DNA from: Eledone cirrhosa
Taxonomy: Eukaryota
Assembly (NCBI GenBank): GCA_964016885.1
Contig: OZ024741.1
Location: 307,644,001 to 307,708,000 of the forward strand
Direction of reading: 5' to 3'
DNA: 64,000 nt
The notes under the pieces were generated by a model that did no database searches, was not told the DNA's origin, and was given only the letters and a program-made list of their open reading frames with translations. Both the position numbers and the translations under genes were made by a program. This document shows positions 59,246 through 64,000 of this stretch, piece after piece; position 1 is the first letter of the stretch, and every line of letters starts with the position of its first letter.

Positions 59246-59546
59246 GTCGTCTGTTGCTAGTCTGGCTTTACTGCATGAGTAATAGTGCGAGGTGTAGTAA
59301 GACGTAGAAGAGGGGCGGTGGAGTTGGATAAATAATAGAGGGGGAAGATGAAAAATCAAATCAAATGACATAGTTAGATAGAGAGGGGCAGGGAGAGAGA
59401 CAGCGACTGGAAACTGTGTAGTCGTAGGATGATACGAATTCGTGGTGGTGTTTATGTCGGTGGTGTAGCAAGCTTCTACATACATATATATATATATAAT
59501 CATTATCGAGCCCTCTTCGGATTTTAGTCTTAACATTTATTATTAT

Positions 59547-59614
<68 letters not shown>

Positions 59615-59616
<2 letters not shown>

Positions 59617-60850
59617 GACGACATTTTATTTACGGTGGTCAAACACAACAATATTGAACTAAATAGAGTAAAGAAAAGTATAATTGAATTCGTTAAAATG
59701 TATGACCTTAAGTTAGAAGTAGAAAGTGGTACCAAAATAGTTAATTTCCTTGATGTTATGTTTAACTTAAACTCTGGCTTTTATTACCCATTCATAAGCC
59801 CAATGAAAATTTAAACTATGTTAGTTATTACTCCAATCACTCTAAATCTGTAAAAAAAAGCAATTGTAAATAGTGTGCAAAAACGAATTAATAGAATATC
59901 AGCCAATAAAGCAATATTTGATGAAAATGCAGGACACTACAATGAAGCGTTAAAAAGAGCAGGATATGAGAATAATATAGAATATGTAGATAATAATTGT
60001 TTCTACTTTAGGCACAAGGCCAGCAATTACCCAGTGCAGTAGATAATAATAATCCAAGTTTTAATCCTGATAAAAATAATGGCATATATAAACGAAATTC
60101 TAATAATTATAATTCAAACACTCATACGGTGAACAAATCGAGGAAAAGAACCAGAATTAAATCAGTTATATGGTTTCCTCCCCCCCCCCGCTTCCGTAGC
60201 AGTAACAACACCAATAGCAAACCTATTCTTTAAAGCTTTGGACAGCTCTTTCCCTAGTCAACATAAATACCATTCCATTTTTAATAGACACACTATTAAA
60301 TTATCTTATTCTACAACTATGAATATGGCCCAAAACATTGCTAAAATAAACAGTAAAATTCTAAAGCAGAATCAGCATAATGATTTTAATAATAGTGTTA
60401 ACATAAATAATAATAAATCAAAATGTAATTGTAGAAATAAACCAGATTGCCCTCTGCAAAATAATTGTTTGGACAGTAATTTGGTGTATAAATGTACCGT
60501 AAAAACTGATTACAACACATACAACTACATAGGATCGACTTCTTCTACATTTAAGGCTAGATTTGCGAATCATAAATGCTCATTTTCGAATTCTAATAGG
60601 AAATCATCGACTTCTTTGTCACAGCTTATATGATCATTAAAAGACAAAAAATTAAAATACTCCATCTTTTGGACGAAACTTTGTAATAATGGAGTTTATC
60701 GCAACTCAAGTATATCAAGTACAATGGAGACCCTTTTGATTATTAATAATTATGAAAACTTAATTAACAAAAAAAGTGAATTATTCTCAAACTGCCTTCA
60801 TAAAGCTTTGTCTACATTCCAAGCCTCGCATAAGATCAGGAAAAAACAGT
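59615..60850 (+). pseudogene. Penelope-like element relic: RT thumb + Cys-rich linker + GIY-YIG endonuclease
   Basis: VNFLDV, NYVSYYSNH, KRINRIS, YNEALKRAGY, IWF.PP, IKLSYST, CNCR..DCPL...C, VYKC...YIGST..FKARF..H. Confidence 0.9.
59998..60038 (-). mobile_element. 41-bp 3' tip of SINE family A with 12-bp TSD, inside the Penelope ORF
   Basis: TSD GTAGATAATAAT at 59986-59997 and 60039-60050. Confidence 0.85.
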
Positions 60851-61331
60851 AAGCAACCAAGTCTGGTTTTTAGACGTACATCATGATCTGTTGAAAATAA
60901 TGGTTTATAAAACTTTAATAATGCTTTATAATGGTTCATAAAACTTTAATAATGCTTTATCTTCTAATCATCTATAAAGGAAATAACGTTTGAATGAATG
61001 ACATTTGTTTAATAACATGCTGGCAGGTTGATATACATAACCTATGACTTTTGGGATATTATTAACTTTGATCCAGACCTTTATTTTTTTATTTTTCTAT
61101 CTCTGTTTTAAATATAGTTTAAATATCTAACCTGTAAATTGTTACGACCTTATTTTGAACTGTAGATCATTCATGCGTTTACATTTTTATATATATGTAT
61201 GTATTTTATAGTTATGCATGTATGAATCTATTATATAAGTGTATAATCGTTATCCTTTACCAAAAGTATACTGTCTCATTAATACTTAGTATATCTCTAT
61301 ATGTAGTTTGTGCAAATATGTTTATAATGTA

Positions 61332-62267
61332 CTAGCAGTAAAGCCCGGCGTTGCTCGGGGTCGCTCAGTAGCTGTGTTAAAGTTACAATGTTAAGTTTCT
61401 TTCTTGGCTTAAAAACTGTAGTGTCTACTGTGCAGACTTGCATGTGGTGTTTTTGATTAATATTCCCTCAACCAACAATATGCCTTATGAAGTTAAGAAA
61501 ACATAACGATAACCCGAATGTTATAACAAAAGAGGATGCTGGGGATAGAAACTGCACTGGTTATTTATTAACAAAGATCGAAAATGTAAACACTGCAACG
61601 CAGAGAAAAACATTAGCGTAACCAAATTATCAGTTATGTCTGTCTGCACGCCTATATCACCTCTCTGCACGACTGTCTGTCTGCACGCCTATATCACCTC
61701 TCTGCACGACTGGCTGTCTGCACGCGTATATCACCTCTCTGCACGACTGTCTGTCTGCACGCCTATATCACCTCTCTGCACGACTGGCTGTCTGCACGCG
61801 TATATCACCTCACTGCACGACTGTCTGTCTGCACGCCTAACGACGAAATATTTGCTTGTTTTACGTAGTCTTTAAATAGACTTGTTTTCAAGTAAAAATA
61901 TTGTTTTAAAATGCTTTTAAATGGAAATGAAGCAAAACGGAAGCTTAGTGTTCGAACTGATGAATTTTGCAGGTCAATATTTTGCTGGCTCGACAACTGT
62001 TAAAGCCAGCGTAATTTTTTACGTAAGACGCTCAATGTAAACAGAACAAAGGGAAATAACTGATAATTTACGCTCAAAAATCGATACATTATATTCGATT
62101 TCGTCACATAGGGTGGGTCAATTTGAAATTATTTTTTTTCCGATGTCTTCGTTAGGGCTCAATGTACAAGTATAGCAATTTCGGTGCAATTCCGTGAGAG
62201 ATTCTAAGAGGAGATGTGTGCCAAAAATCGATAGACAGACAGACAACCACAGTTTTATATATATAGA
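61332..62267 (-). mobile_element. Non-autonomous Helitron with an internal 37-bp minisatellite
   Basis: Minus strand 5' TCTATATATATAAAACTGTGGTTGTCTGTCTGTC; 3' hairpin CCCGAGCAACGCCGGG + CTAG; A|T insertion site. Minisatellite CTGCACGCCTATATCACCTCTCTGCACGACTGTCTGT x~5 at 61636-61838. Confidence 0.88.
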
Positions 62268-62466
62268 TAATAACATAATCATAATTATAGTTCGGTATAA
62301 CGCTATATATAGTTTGTGCAAATATATGTATATTGTATAATAACATAATCATAATTTAGAGTTCGTTCTTCCCTTGAAGGTAGAACTAATATAATGATTC
62401 AATATATAATACATGAACAAATAATAAAAAAAATAATAATTTATAGTCCTATTATTATGATCAATG

Positions 62467-62541
<75 letters not shown>

Positions 62542-63228
62542 CTGAAAACTCTGCGTTAATTATTATACTTTAGACACTATAACTATTTAACAATAAATTC
62601 CTTGATAGTTATAACAGTAAGTACTTCATAAATTATACATACTGAAAATGTTGACACTGTTACAAGTAATTTTGTTAAAGATTACCTTTGTGTGAATATT
62701 GAGCAGTATATATTTTTCTTTCTCGGGCCTAGTAAATCCTTTAAATTTGTTTTCATAAAACTTCGAATTTTAGAAATGTAACACATTTATAAAATTAATA
62801 CAAATAACCATCAACTTTTAAAACCTAAAATTTTGATTCTTCACCCTAAAATAACATAAATTAAATATTTTGAAATTTAACTGCCAAGGCTATATGGGTC
62901 CGATGAAAATTTGTGCATAAATTACTCCCCTTTATCTCTCCCTCTCTTTAATTATCTATCTGTTGCTTTCTCAAGCTAAAAACTAAAAAAATTATAACTC
63001 CAGATACGTCTTCCTCTATAATCCTACTGTAGTATCCCAGATTTTAAAAACTCTATAACTGTTACATTAAAGCAATGTTTTTCTTACTCACACCTTCTCT
63101 ATTGATTCTATTACGTTTTCGCATGTTCTCTTTATTAGGGTATAAATATTGTGTTTTCTCATAAGTTAATCACTACCTTGATTAAATCTTGACCATCTAA
63201 CATGTCAGGGTATGTCATGTATCATTTT

Positions 63229-63294
63229 ATTTTATCTGATGAGGACGTACTGTTGAACCTGATTCAAGTACCTCTGAAATATGTACAATAAAAT
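63229..63294 (+). ncRNA. Type-I hammerhead motif (U16.1 changed to C, probably impaired)
   Basis: ATTTTAT-CTGATGA-GGACGTAC..TTGAA/TTCAA..GTACCTCT-GAAA-TATGTA-CA|ATAAAAT. Confidence 0.72.
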
Positions 63295-63429
63295 TTAATT
63301 GATCACAAGAACATCTATTTTGTTAATATTTGAATTTAATATTAATAACTCTGGAAAATATTTTTCTGTAGAGTGCTTCCAATCTACTGTAAAACTCATT
63401 CTTTGATGTACTCATTGAATCTTGTTTAA

Positions 63430-63498
<69 letters not shown>

Positions 63499-63523
63499 GT
63501 TAAACAAGATTCAATGAGTACAT

Positions 63524-63705
63524 CACCGAGCATTATAATAAATGTTCGGTGAATCCATACGTACATATATATATGTGTGTATGTATGTATATATATATAC
63601 ATACTACTGTACGTCTGTATACATATATGTACGTATACATACTTATATTTAAGTAACAGCCGTACTAAGAGTGAGAAATGAAATTTCGTTTCATTTTTTC
63701 CGTTT
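63524..63705 (+). mobile_element. 3' part of family U element
   Basis: Near-identical to 25226-25412 (CACCGAGCATTATAATAAATGTTCGGTG...TTTTTTCCGTTT). Confidence 0.88.
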
Positions 63706-64000
63706 ATATATATATATATAGTAATAATAATAAATATATATATAATATATATATATGAAATCAATTTAATTTAATTAAATTGAGGGAGTCACGTCCGAGA
63801 CATGCGCCATAGCCACCGTAGAATAAGCTCAAAGATCTCAATGAATAGATCCGAGCATTTTATATCAACTAGAAATTGATTGACATATATATATATTTAA
63901 AATAAACACATGAAACAATCACAGGGGATAATTTGTAAAGTGTGTAATCACACATAGTTATGTAGGTAACTAATTAAAGTTAAACTAGAGCTTCAAATAT

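Overview
AT-rich, microsatellite-saturated eukaryotic DNA; the SINE, LINE and microsatellite content suggests a cephalopod (Octopus-like) genome (inference). I can support no intact host protein-coding gene. Most ORF-track entries are translations of simple repeats. Recognisable content: (1) three head-to-tail Tx1/L1-clade LINEs, each bounded by (TCTA)n (25.8-35.7 kb), plus an older decayed copy; (2) R4/Dong-like restriction-like-endonuclease LINE fragments and RTE fragments; (3) two Penelope-like (GIY-YIG) relics, a decayed mariner, a hAT-type MITE and two non-autonomous Helitrons; (4) many tRNA-derived SINEs and several satellites, including a ~4.8 kb 35/36-bp array. The most striking feature is a set of about ten minimal type-I hammerhead ribozyme motifs from several unrelated non-coding families. 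They sit between (TA)n tracts, often inside long fold-back palindromes that put a ribozyme on both strands. Five lie within 1.5 kb at 23.7-25.1 kb. All pairings and coordinates were read by eye.
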